Below are positions 47,480 through 59,445 of a stretch of 64,000 bases of DNA, piece after piece; position 1 is the stretch's first letter; every line of letters starts with the position of its first letter. The translations under genes were made by a program, and so were the position numbers. The DNA is from Anthoceros angustus (taxonomy: Eukaryota; Plantae; Anthocerotophyta): the NCBI GenBank assembly GCA_010909165.1, contig MU008174.1, positions 930,001 through 994,000 on the forward strand. The letters are read 5' to 3'. The notes beneath the pieces were generated by a model, which saw only the letters and a program-made list of their open reading frames with translations, ran no database searches and was not told the DNA's origin.

Positions 47480-49798
47480 CTAAACAATATGATGGCCTCC
47501 TCGCATGGAACCAAACGATTTTGTATTTTCTGACAAGCATTTCACCATCTTGACACCATTGCGTACACTCATCCCATCCAAGAGATTTCATACACAAGCT
47601 TCACGTTCCAAGTTTAAATGTGTGTCAAGAATAGCACAAAGACTGAAAATGAAGGGGAGCTCTAAGGTATAATCGACGAGCAATAGAATTACTAAGTTAA
47701 ACGGTTCCCATAAGGGAAAGCCCACATAATGTGTGATTGCATAGAGTTCTTGAGTTGATAGCTTCTTAATTAGAAAAATATCCTCAAACTTATATAGTAA
47801 GGCTAGCTCTAAAATACAAAACTTACATAATGTGTGATTGTATGGAGTTCTTAAGTTGGCGACTTCTTAGTTAGAAAAATACGCTCATAACTATATAGTA
47901 AGACTAGCTTTCAAATATAAGATTTTGGAAAGTACCAAGATTGGTTAAGAAAGCTAGGCTATGAGATTAGCTCTATTTAAGCTCTCAAACCCTTGATTGA
48001 TTGTTGCACACATCCGAAAGAAGTAAAGAGCAAAACCTTTTGGAGATCACTCATCACATATCTAACGATATGTCATAGTGGTTTTACTTGAAGACTCACT
48101 TTTTATATCTCTACCTCAAATAGATAAGCAAGTCGAGCAACATTCCTTAAAGCAGAATAAACAGCATCAAGCACAAACATAAATTTGAATCTAGAATGGC
48201 AGGGACTTTGGGTATTAATAACACCGTGAGTAAGGCAAAACGAGGGAGAAGATATTTGGATTAATTATGATGAAGAAACGCAACTTCCATTTTACGTGAC
48301 AAAGAAATGAATTGGAGACATGCACCAATGTTTCACCTTATGTCAATATTGAGTCAAAACAAAAAGTGACACACCATCGTAAGTTATTAGGTTCAAGCAA
48401 AAATCTTCCAACCATGGAGGAAATTCACATAGACACACAAACACAAAGAGAAAAATAAGATAGTGAGTATATTTGACTCCTATTTTTGCATGGTTTTTTT
48501 TGCTCTTTAGTCTTATATTTTGAGTAATTATTTACTTTATATTTGCATAGGTACTAGAGAGCAACATTTTAGAGAAGAGCCTCAACATTTCACATGAACG
48601 TGAGCAAGAGGAATACATTCCAACTCTCCTTATTAAAAACCAAGCGGTGAGATGGTAGAACATGACAAAGAAGCTGTTCGTGCCTTATTCGAAAGAATAA
48701 ACAGCCGTAGCTTGCAAAGGAGAGGAGAGGAAAAGGGAGATGGAGAGGAAAAGGGAAAGAGCTTTAGCAAGAGCAAGAGTAAGCGTAAGAGAAAGGGAAT
48801 ATAAAATATAGAAATGCAGAGGGATTGTAGGCTCATAGGAGATTGGGCGTGGGTGCCGTACAGTATGATATTATCATGAAGTAAAACTTTATCACATAGT
48901 TTTTAATAATAATTTTTATTACTAAAACTATAAATTATTTTCTCAACTTGGTATTATTTTAATAAGAGTTAGGATACTGTTTTTATAGTGCTATGATATG
49001 AGCCTTCAAAGATGTAGTGTGTCTTTTAATTTTTGTGATGATAGGCTTGTGACTCTATTTATATTTTCTTGTGAATAAAATTCATATTATAATTAAAAAT
49101 ACAAGATAATAAGTTTTTAGGTTAGTGCAGACCTAACACATTGTAGCTTCGTACTCTACGATTGCATCAGGGATGCTAATATCAAGATAAATCATCGAAA
49201 AACATCTATTCATAATTACAAGGATAAGTGACTTGTGCTCGACTCGACGAGTAATATTTTTCCATGGCTAGAGTGATCTAATATTTTTATTATGTAGGAA
49301 AAACGAACTCGAAGGAGAAGGCCTTGAGAAGATGGTAGGTAGGGATTAATTTTTCAAATGTGGGAAAAAGGAATGAGCTTGGTGTGGTTTGGTTTGGTTT
49401 CTTCTCTCAACCCAATTCGTAGGTGCATTGAACTCCCTAGTGTGAGTTTGAAGGCATAGGAGTACTTGCCAAAAGGATGGATGGAGGTGAAACTCCAATT
49501 GGCATGTCGCATCCACCGAGCTCCAAGTCCCAAGAGCCCAATCGGCCTAATGGTCAGGGTGTTGGGCCACCGCGACTAGGCCTTCAAGCCGATCCAAGCC
49601 TCATGACTCGACATGTCTCCATGTTCGATGTTGTCGAGATTCGCAAGGAAAAGGACGGCTACTTCAAGATCATGCATCTTCCGACAAGTACTTTCCAGAC
49701 TCTTAGGATCGCTCCTTCGCTTGTGAGGTTTATTTTGTTTTACCTACTAGCCTCTTGGGTTTTGATAAGACTCGTCCAAAGCTATCTTTGCCATGCCG

Positions 49799-50459
49799 TG
49801 TGATACTAATCTCGCACTTGGGTTTAGTGTTTGATTAGCATTAATTAATATAATTACTTATCTTTACATAAGTAATTAGTGTTAATTAATCTAAGGTTCT
49901 TATGTTAATTAAGCATTGATTAGTGTTAATTAATGTAAGGTGCTTATGTTAATTAAGCATTGATCGTGTTAATTAATCTAAGGTGCTTATGTTAATTAAG
50001 CATTGATCGGTGTTAATTAATCTAAGGTGCTTATGTTAATTAAGCATTGATCGCTGTTAATTAAACATGGTTAGCAATAGCTAAGTGGATAAGCTCAAGT
50101 AATATGCTTTGGCATATTCCTTGCATATTATAGTGTATTCTTAGGATACAATAGCTAAGTGGATAAGCTTAAGTAATATGCTTTAGCATATTGCTTGCAT
50201 ATTATAGTGTATTCTTAGGATATTTCCTGACATGGATGCCAATAGGATATCTTAGGAATATGCCGATACTAAGGGCCAGTATATATAGACCCTTCCATTG
50301 AGGACAAGCTGATCATAGCTTGTCCTCTAGATATGCAATGCAAGGTTTTGTGAGGAGGCCAAAGCTATGACCCAAGAGCGATGTGTGAGGAATTTGCGTG
50401 TTGTTCTTGTGGGAGAGTATGTTTGTACCACGACGCGAGCTACTCCTTCCTGTTACAAG
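49799..50459. mobile_element. Left part of a repeat-rich LTR-like sequence (TGTGATAC...) that appears to continue after the chromovirus at about 59085
   Basis: TG start, internal 43-44-bp (about 4.5 copies) and about 74-bp (2 copies) tandem repeats, TATATATA motif near 50279; ends in CAAG. Duplicated at 50942-51546. Confidence 0.55.
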
Positions 50460-51845
50460 TGTGCATCATACGAGATGGGCGACTCCGGACACCAAGAGCG
50501 GAAAGTCGAATTCCTCCCTTGATCTTGGGAACGGCTCAAGTAGCCCGCGCCACTGCTCGAGCACGTGTTCAAATGTTGTGCACGACTAGAGTTTGGCTAA
50601 CTATGGTTAGTTGCCCCTAGGTTAGTCACCGCTCTAACTAACCCACTGCTCTAGCTAGCCGCCGTGCCACGGCTACCATGTATGCCGCCACGGCCTCGGC
50701 GAGATCACTTGGCTCGGTCACGGTGTCTACCATAGCACGGCAATTGACTATGTCCTTCACTACCGGAGCTTGCTCAATCCGCGTGACATCCTCCTCCTTC
50801 CTCTAGCTTTCCGCAGGAGGACTTGGGTCCAATCCATCCGTTCGAACTTGGCCAAATGTTGGAAAGCGTCCACAAATGTTTGATTCCCAACTGGGTTCTT
50901 CCGGTTTTGATAAGACTCTCCAAAGCTATGCCGCCATGCCGTGTGATACTAATCTCGCACTTGGGTTTAGTGTTTGATTAGCATTAATTAATATAATTAC
51001 TTATCTTTACATAAGTAATTAGTGTTAATTAATCTAAGGTTCTTATGTTAATTAAGCATTGATTAGTGTTAATTAATGTAAGGTGCTTATGTTAATTAAG
51101 CATTGATCGTGTTAATTAATCTAAGGTGCTTATGTTAATTAAGCATTGATCGCTGTTAATTAAACATGGTTAGCAATAGCTAAGTGGATAAGCTCAAGTA
51201 ATATGCTTTGGCATATTCCTTGCATATTATAGTGTATTCTTAGGATACAATAGCTAAGTGGATAAGCTTAAGTAATATGCTTTAGCATATTGCTTGCATA
51301 TTATAGTGTATTCTTAGGATATTTCGGTCATGCCAATAGGATATCTTAGGAATATGCCGATACTAAGGGCTAGTATATATAGACCCTTCCATTGAGGACA
51401 AGCTGATCATAGCTTGTCCTCAGATGCAATGCAAGGTTTTGTGAGGAGGCCAAAGCTATGACCCAAGAGCGATGTGTGAGGAATTTGCGTGTTGTTCTTG
51501 AGAGTATGTTTGTACCACGACGCATGAGCTACTCCTTCCTGTTACATGTCGTGTGATCATACACGAGATGGGCGACTCCGGACACCAAGAGCGGAAAGTC
51601 GAATTCCTCCCTTGATCTTGGGAACGGCTCAAGTAGCCCGCCACTGCTCGAGCACGTGTTCAAATGTTGTGCCCGACTAGAGTTTGGCTAACTATGGTTA
51701 GTTGCCCCTAGGTTAGTCACCGCCTAACTAACCCACTGCTCTAGCTAGCCGCCTCGTACGGCTACCATGTATGCCGCCACGGCCTCCGCCGAGATCACTT
51801 GGCTCGCAAAGGTCTACCATAGCCCGGCACTGACTATGTCCTTCA

Positions 51846-54800
51846 CTACCGGAGCTTGCTCAATCCGCGACATCCTCCTCCTTCCTCTAGCTTTCCGCAG
51901 GAGGACTTGGGTCCAATCCATCCGCTCGAACTTGGCCAAATGTTGGAAAGCGTCCACAAATGTTTGATTCCCAAGGGTTCTTCTGGGTTGTCACCTTCCC
52001 AACTCACCAGGAATTCTCGGATGGTCCGGCCACGCAGAGCTCGCTCCCTTGTGGCTAGGATGGCTGCTGGCTGCAAGATAAGGGCATCTCCCACTTTGAA
52101 ATTCTTGCGCTTGAGAGGCTGCCCCTTCATGCTTACTCCTCCCTCCTCCTTCCTCTGAATGTCTTCTTTGGCAAGTGGCTCTCCTTCTCTAAGGAGCTCG
52201 AACTCAGGCCGAACTACAGTCTTCCTTCCCTCTCCTTGCTTATCTTCTGCAGATGCCTCATCTAGAAACTGCTGTGATGGAAGGACTCCTACAAACTTCT
52301 TCAACAAGGAAACGTGGAAGGTCTTGCACATCTTCCAATGTGCTGGAAGGTCTAGTTGATAAGCTACTGTGGAGACCTTCCTGCTAACAGCAAATGGACG
52401 GACATACCTATAGGCGAGCTTGGCCTTACCTTCCTGCAGCTTGGAGTACCTATTAGGCGCACTCACCACACTAGGTCGCCAACCTCGTGTTCATCTCTTC
52501 GTTTCTTGTTGGCGTGCTTTGCTCTCGATCATTGATTGTTGCCATTCTACGCCTTCGGAAATCTTGACGCATGCTCTCATTCGGTGATTGACCTTTTCCC
52601 CCGCAACACCGCCACATACGGTGGTGGAATATTCTTTCCATATGTCGACGAAAGGCGAATACCCGCCAGAGTGACGGGTGAGTTGTAAGCAAACTCGCAA
52701 GTGGCGCGCTTCTTCCCAATTCCTCCGACGGTCGTGGCGAAGGACGCAGCAAATCCTCCATCGTTTGGTTTTGCCTCTCGGCGCCGTCGATCGAGGATGG
52801 TAAGCCGAGCTCAAACACTGCTTCATCCCAAGCTTGCACAAAACTCCTTCCAAAACTGAGACAGGAACTTTGCATCTCTATCTGACACAATTTCTTGTGG
52901 CACACCATGCAGGCGCACTATCTCCTTCAAGAACAAAGGCACTAGTTGCTTGGCTTTGATCGTGCCCTTGCCGGAAATAAAGTGAGCAAGCTTGGTAGCT
53001 CTGTCTACACAGACCCACAGTCATGTCCTCTGCGTTCTCGGCAAGCATGTCACAAAATCACAAGCCATGCTTGCCCACTTCTCTTGGCACCTCTAACGGC
53101 ATAAGCAAGCTGCTGGTGCTCTTCTCCTTGCTTTTGCGACAAGGTAAGCACTCACCTTTGTTGATGCCTTTGTTTTCTTCATGCCTTGCCACGGACATGC
53201 TCCTTCAAGCGTCGTCTTATCTATCCCCATGTGTCCTGCTGTTGGTGCATCATGGGCATCATGCAATAAGGAAAGCTTCAATTCGAGCAACTCTCGGGTA
53301 TGCATAACCTTCCTTCTTGAACAAACATCCTTGGTGGATCTTTAGCGATCTCCCAATTCCGTCGGCACCGATTGAGAGGCTCTTCTAGCCTCGCAAGATC
53401 TTGCTCAAAGTAGCATCTTCAAGTAACTTGCCGCACTTCTCTCCATAAATTTGATTCTAACTTGTCATGTTGCTGCGTCTCACCTTAATGCATCAGCAAT
53501 CAAATTTGCTTTTCCTGGACTATAAGAAATAGTAACGTGGAAATCAGCAATTATCTCAGCCCATCTTCTCTGCCTCGGGTTCAAGAGCGGCTGCTTATAG
53601 AAGTGTTCCAAACTCCTATGATCTGTGAACACTGTGAATTCTGAGCCATACAAGTAATGTCGCCAAGTCTTCAGAGCATAAATTACTGCAAGCATCTCCT
53701 TGTCATGTGTGCTGTAATTCTTCTCGGCACCTTGAAGCTTTCTGGACAGAAAACTTACATTTCTCCCTTCTTGTTGCAGCACAGCTCCCAAGGCATAATC
53801 GATGCATCGGTTCTCACTGAAGGCTTTGTTGAGATCGAGGCAAGGTCAAAATTGTGGTTGATGCTCTGACTCTCTTCAACTCTTCAAATGCTTGCTTTGC
53901 GGCTCGACATGGGGAACTTTGCATTCTTGCAGTCAAGTCATCAGCAGCAATCCTTGCAAACCACGGAATGAAGCTCTTCATTTGGACAGTCATGCCAAAT
54001 TGTTGGAGCTCGATTAGGTCGAGTTGCGATCGAGGATGAGCTTCACTTTTCTGGTCAACTTCCACTCCATCAATGAAACCACAAACCCCAAGTAGTTCAC
54101 TTTGTTCTTAAAGAATTCACACTTCTTTTGTCTAGCAAATAGCTGGTTTTCCCTTAGTCTTTGTGAACACTAACTCCAAGTGCTCCTTGTGCTCTTCTCT
54201 GTTTTAGAGTAGACCAAGATGTAGATCACAAATACCTCAACAAATTTCCCTAGATAGGGCCTCGGAATCTTCATCATCAAGGTTGTGAAGTGGGCGCATT
54301 TGTCATGCCAAAGGGCAGCACGGAATTGGTAGTGCCGTACCTTGTTCAAGGCGGACTTGTATTCATCTCCAGACGATCGATTTGGTGAAAGCCGCTCGAA
54401 GATCAACCTTGAAGACTCTAGCACCCACGAGGTTATCCAAAATCTCTTCTATCCTAGGCATTTGAAACCTATTCTTGATCGTGGATGCATTTAACCCTCT
54501 ATAGTCAATGCACATTCGATCTTACCGTTTACATGCTTGACTATGAGAACTGGAGCGATAAGGTGACACGATTCCTCAATCAGCCCCTTCTTGATCCATC
54601 CATCACTGCGGCTTGAACCTCCATGTTCTGGGAGCTAGCTGTAAGGTGGCACAGCTACGGCTTTGCTCCGGCACCAGCTCGATGGCGTGGTCCACTTCTC
54701 TTCTTGGTGGCAGCCTTGCATTTACGAGAATACATGCAAACTTGGACAAAAGCTCAAACATCTCGGTGGTGCCTCTCCTTCTCTAGCTTGCTTTTCATCC

Positions 54801-55340
54801 ACTTGCTCTAGGCGGTGAAAAGGACGACATACTCTAGCTTTCCCTTCGGATAGCTCTTCTAGCATTCGGATGAAAACAATTTCTTGTCATGTTTTGTGCG
54901 ACTCCATGTATCTCCAACTCCTTGCCTTTCCAGCAAGCTCATCACGTGTCTCTGAAAGATATGTTTGGATCTACTCTCCAAAGCCAATCTTGCCCAAGCA
55001 AAACCTCGGGAGCGAGGCCAATAACTTCAAGCGAATCGTCAAGATACCCTTGAAAACTAATCTGTCATTATCTCATGCATGAATTTGCTCCACTGCTCTG
55101 GCCAACTTCATCATCCTTCAGGTGCTTGAGGTGCTCTCCTTCTTATCACTCCATTCTAGCACTGTGGGTAGGTCCTTGCTTTGAAATTCTCTATGTCGCC
55201 TGCCTTTACACGTGAGCTCATTTCCAGCAACTCACATGCATTGACTGCTGCATTGGCTTTCATCCCTGCAGGATCAGCTCCCCTCCTCCCTCTCAGCCAT
55301 TTCCCATACATCGATCCATATGGACAGTGCCTGGAAATGT
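51846..55340 (-). pseudogene. Chromovirus pol (PR, RT, RNase H, integrase, chromodomain), many small indels
   Basis: CIDYRGLN..IKNRFQMPRIEEILD, GAVLQQEGR.VSFLSRKL..AEKNYSTHDKEMLAV, HDAHDAPTAGHMGIDKT, SSAYHP, YVRPFAV..KVSTVAYQLDLPAHWKM..TFHVSLLK, ILATRERALRGRTIREFLVSWEG. Confidence 0.9.
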
Positions 55341-55434
55341 GTGATCAGAAGCAGAGCAAATAAAACACAAGCCTTTTGCCATATACTCCTTCTTCTCTTT
55401 TTCATCACGCTGTCTAAATTCAATAGGCTTGAGC

Positions 55435-57122
55435 TCAACTTGCGACTAGTGTGTCTTTGTGGATCGCTGCAAGCTCTGGACCTCTAGGCTTCCAAGTGTG
55501 AGGGGGGTTGTACTTGGCTCCTTGAGCTTGGTATTGCCTGTGAAACACACCTTGCTGCCCCTGGGCTTGCACAAATTGCTGAGTTGTCACGGTTGCAGAT
55601 CCAGCCGGCTTGACTCCATAGTTCTCGACGTCCATTGCAGCTTGCATTGCCTCTTCAACAGTGGTGCAGCGTTGTTGCTTAATGCTGAGCTTATACTCCT
55701 GCTTGATGGCATCGCAGTACCTGGCGAGCTTTGCCTCCTGCTCTAGGTCTGGTATTTTGAGCATAGCCTTCATGAATTGCAAATGAAATTCTTCAAGTGT
55801 ACCCGTGTGCTTGAGAGCGTACCACGCTGACCAACACCTTTCTTTGTGATCCTTAGGCAAGAAATTGTGAAGAAACTCTGCTTTCATCACTTCCCAATAC
55901 TGTATGGGCGGCTTCTCTCCACGCTTCCCAGCCTCCTTCCTGTTCTCCCACCAGGCTCTGGCTAGATGGCTCGTGTAATGAGCTGCAAAATCCACCTTCT
56001 CCTTTTCTTGCATGCTGACTGCTTCGAAATATGTGGTGAATGCTTGCGTCCACTCCTGCAACTTACTCGGGCTCCTATCTTGGCAGGTGAGCACCTCGAA
56101 CTTAGCTCTCTTTCTCAGATCGTCATTTCGAGTTGGCTCAGGACCTTCATCGAATGACATCCCTTCTTTAGAAGCAAGGTCGGTGACTGCCTGGGCTTGA
56201 GCTCTCTCATGCCTTGCAATTTGCAGACGCCTGGCTATCTCAGCGATTTTGGGATCCTCTTGTTCTTCCTGCGCTAGTCCTTGCACTCGAAAATTTTTCA
56301 ATGTTGTTGGCGGGACTGTGTTGGTGATGGGAGTCCCAGCTGATGTGGGCAACTCGCTTGCAGAGGCAAGCCTTCCATCTCTATTATCATTCTGTACTTG
56401 AGCTCCAGTATGCTGTCTTGTCCAGAGGTGGGTCTCTGCATGACTTGTGCTAAAATGTTTCTCCAATTTCGCTCCTTCTCTTCATTGTGCAAGCAAATTT
56501 GCTAACAACTTCTCATGCTGTTCCTTTTGTTCTTGCAACGTCCGATGCAGAACAGCTTGAGCTTCGGCTTCCATGCGTGCTTTGAATTGCACGGATCATC
56601 GCCTGCTTCACCTCATCTCTCGACATGCAACTCGTCTTGGACTAAGCCAGCGGATGTCCAGGAAGCATCTCACGTAAGGCCTTCTCCCTATCTGCATTTT
56701 GAGCCAAAATATCAGCCAAAAATTTTTCGTGCTTCTCTTGCTGATCCTGTAGGGTTCGCTGGATCATGGCCTGAACTTCGGCCTCAACACGGGATCGACT
56801 TCTCGTGTTGAGCCCACGTCGCATCCAAATTCACAGCAGGCTCAGCCTCTGTCGCTCCATGTGTAGGCATATGCACGGGATCAGGCACCACGTCCTCCTC
56901 CTCAACTACTTCTTTCCTTGCAGCTCGGCCTCGTTTCTGACGAGTTGCCTTCCCATCTTCTACTGCAGGCTCAGCGAGGGATTTGCGAGGACGGCCAGTT
57001 TTCTTCTTAATGCCACCTCTAGCGCCTCGCGACCTCACACCGTGACGAGCTGCAAGCTCAACATCTGGAGTCAGCCATATCGGCCATGGATCTTGCCCGT
57101 CGACGGAGTCGTGAAGAAACAC
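55435..57122 (-). pseudogene. Chromovirus gag with N-terminal extension
   Basis: ORF 55435-56466 has a Retrotrans_gag-like core (ARAWWE, WEVMKAEFLHNFLP, LKHTGTLEEFHLQF). Upstream fragments 56642-56824 and 56784-57122 appear to be the frameshifted N-terminus. Confidence 0.8.
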
Positions 57123-58723
57123 TGCTATCCTCCATCGACCTCATGTACGCACGTGATCCAAGCTAGAATATGCAGGGCCGGGGTTATGCAGCTTATCCCT
57201 TCGTTGTAAAATTGCCAGCCCGTGCTCTCACATGCACTGCTCGATGTTGGACTCGGTTGTCACTTCTCCTACCGACTCGATCGACCTCGCCATCGATGTG
57301 GTCACTAGTGATCCACACTCCGGCTGCGATTGAAAGATCCAAGTGGTCACAATGAGGATTCTGGTCAGATTTTGGCACAAGCATGCCTGACTCTTTCAGC
57401 TCCCACTGTCATGATAGCAATCGCACGAATTCATTGGCATGGAATGCAGCAGAGCATCATTTCGTCCTGATCCAAACTGTCATTGATGTGCTTAGAAAAC
57501 ATATCAAGACAAGATCGCCACGGCATGATCGTGCCCACTCACGTCGCAACTTGGTGGCCAATTTGTCGCGACTTGACAATCTTCGTCAACTTAGAATTGC
57601 AGAGAGATTTCGACCCGTCTTTGCTCGCCCACAAACTCTGCACTTCCACAAACTCTGCACTTCAAGTTTGCAGATCGCAATTGTAGCTCTTGCAGCTGTG
57701 CTTTAGACTTCACAGCTTCAAGACTCCTACTGTCTGCGAATTCAATTCACGCTCCCACTCTTCTTGATCATGAGCGCGAAAGAAACCCTCTTTCTGTTTG
57801 CCACAAGATGGACCAGAGTGGCCGTCCAGTGTATTTGAATTGCTCAAGTAAAGAACCACAACACACATATCAGCAACTTGCTTGAATGCCACAGCGCTGT
57901 CATTTCCTACCGTCTCGTCTCGGACCTAATGTTCAAGACTGAGCTACCGTCTCGACCGCTTCTCGCAAGACTGAGCTAGCAATTCTTGCACTTTCCACAA
58001 CCCTCATGCGATGTGACATGCTCTAGGTTTGGCTGGCTAGCAAGACCTCAACTTCGGGGCCCATGGGCCTCTTGCTGCTGTCTTTTTTCGCTTTGCAACG
58101 AGACAGCAACAAGACGTCCCGGTTCTTGCATGCCTCTGACTCCCTAGGAGTCTTCTGTCAGCCGTCTTGTGCCCTCAGGCCACACGACACAAAATGCCAA
58201 CCTGAACTGAGTCGTTCGCATGGGTGCTCTCCGGTCACTTATTGGCAGCCATTGAGCGTGCCTCCTGCACATTTAGTGCCCAGAACTTCTGCAATGTTGA
58301 ACTGGCGTTAGCCAAGCCGAAGGGAACAAGGATCTCCTCTGATTTGCTCACTTCTCCTTTCGCTTTCGAGTTCCTCTCATTCTTCATCTCGACGTTCCTC
58401 TTTCTCCCGCGATTCTGACTATTCATCCCTTCTTGCATCTTGCTCTAGCTCCTGTCTTCAAAGTCCACGGCTCCTTTCCCACACCTTCCGCCTCACAAAC
58501 TCTTGTGCGCCTTCAAAATTTTCATGTGTTCTCCGCCAGATGTAGAGCCAATACAAGATGCAGACAATCTCGGTCCAAAGATCACACCAGACCCCAAAAG
58601 CTCCTGCTCCGGTCACTTCTCCCCACTCCTCGATGGTCCGCTCTGAGCTCCCATACCGCTGCCTCCTAATCCACTCCAAGACGGCGCGATCTGCTGGAGT
58701 CATCCCACTGATCCGATCGTCCG

Positions 58724-58735
58724 GCTCTGATACCA
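58724..58735 (-). promoter_or_regulatory. Primer-binding site (tRNA-iMet) of the chromovirus
   Basis: gctctgatacca on plus equals tggtatcagagc on minus, 3 bp from the LTR. Confidence 0.9.
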
Positions 58736-59114
58736 AGATGTAAGCGGCATCGTACGAGATGGGCGACTCCGGACACCAAGAGCGCGGAAAGCTGGGAATT
58801 GGTTCCCCCTTGGATCTTGGGAACGGGCTCAAGTAGCCCGCGCCCCTGTTCGAGCACGTGTTCAAATGTTGTTCCTGACTAGAGTTCGGCTAACTATGGT
58901 TAGTTGCCCCTAGGTTAGTCACTCACTCTAACTAACCTACTGTTCTAGCTAGCTGCCCTCGTGCTACGGCTACCATGTATGCCGCCACGCCTTCCGCCGA
59001 GATCACTTGGCTCAAAGGTCTACCATAGCCCCGGCAATTGACTATGTCCTTCACTACCGGAGCTTGCTCAATCCGGCCGTGACAAGCTATGACCTTCTAT
59101 GTGTATGTTAGATA

Positions 59115-59445
59115 GGCGTGCTAGGCTTAGTGTGCTAAGCGATGCTAGGTGATGCTAGGCGATGCTAGGCCGCACTAGGCTTAGTGTGCTAAGCGATGCC
59201 AGGTGATGCTAGGCGATGCTAGGCGCACTACGCAGTGTGCTAAGCGATGCTAGGTGATGCTAGGCTTAGTGTGCTGCGATGCTAGGTGATGCTAGGCGAT
59301 GCTAGGCGCACTAGGCTTAGTGTGCTAAGCGATGCTAGGTGATGCTAGGCGATGCTAGGCGCACTACGCAGTGTGCTAAGCGATGCTAGGTGATGCTAGG
59401 CGATGCTAGGCGCACTGGGCTTAGTGTGCTAGGCGATGCAACGCT
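59115..59445. repeat. 10-bp GATGCTAGG(C/T) satellite with about 54-bp higher-order unit (copies also at about 60675-60885 and 63360-63555)
   Basis: Unit gatgctaggt-gatgctaggc-gatgctaggc-cgcactaggc-ttagtgtgct-aagc repeated. Confidence 0.92.

Larger units (their letters stand above)
50460..59084 (-). mobile_element. Ty3/Gypsy chromovirus with about 340-bp LTRs
   Basis: 5' LTR 58739-59084 (tgtaagc...gtgaca), PBS complement at 58724-58735, 3' LTR copies about 50460-50788 and about 51550-51872 followed by PPT complement tcctcctccttcc. Order gag-PR-RT-RH-INT-chromodomain; candidate 4-bp TSD CAAG. Confidence 0.88.

Noticed and set aside
47600-49400. Decayed Athila/Tat-type LTR or other TE in the AT-rich stretch
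   Set aside because: Only compositional resemblance and a short roughly 100-bp duplication (about 47725-47920); no termini, PBS, PPT or coding remnants could be fixed.
49799-50457. Independent solo LTR (TGTGATAC...TGTTACA)
   Set aside because: No clean TSD in the first copy; the CAAG duplication better explains it as the left half of a longer element split by the chromovirus.
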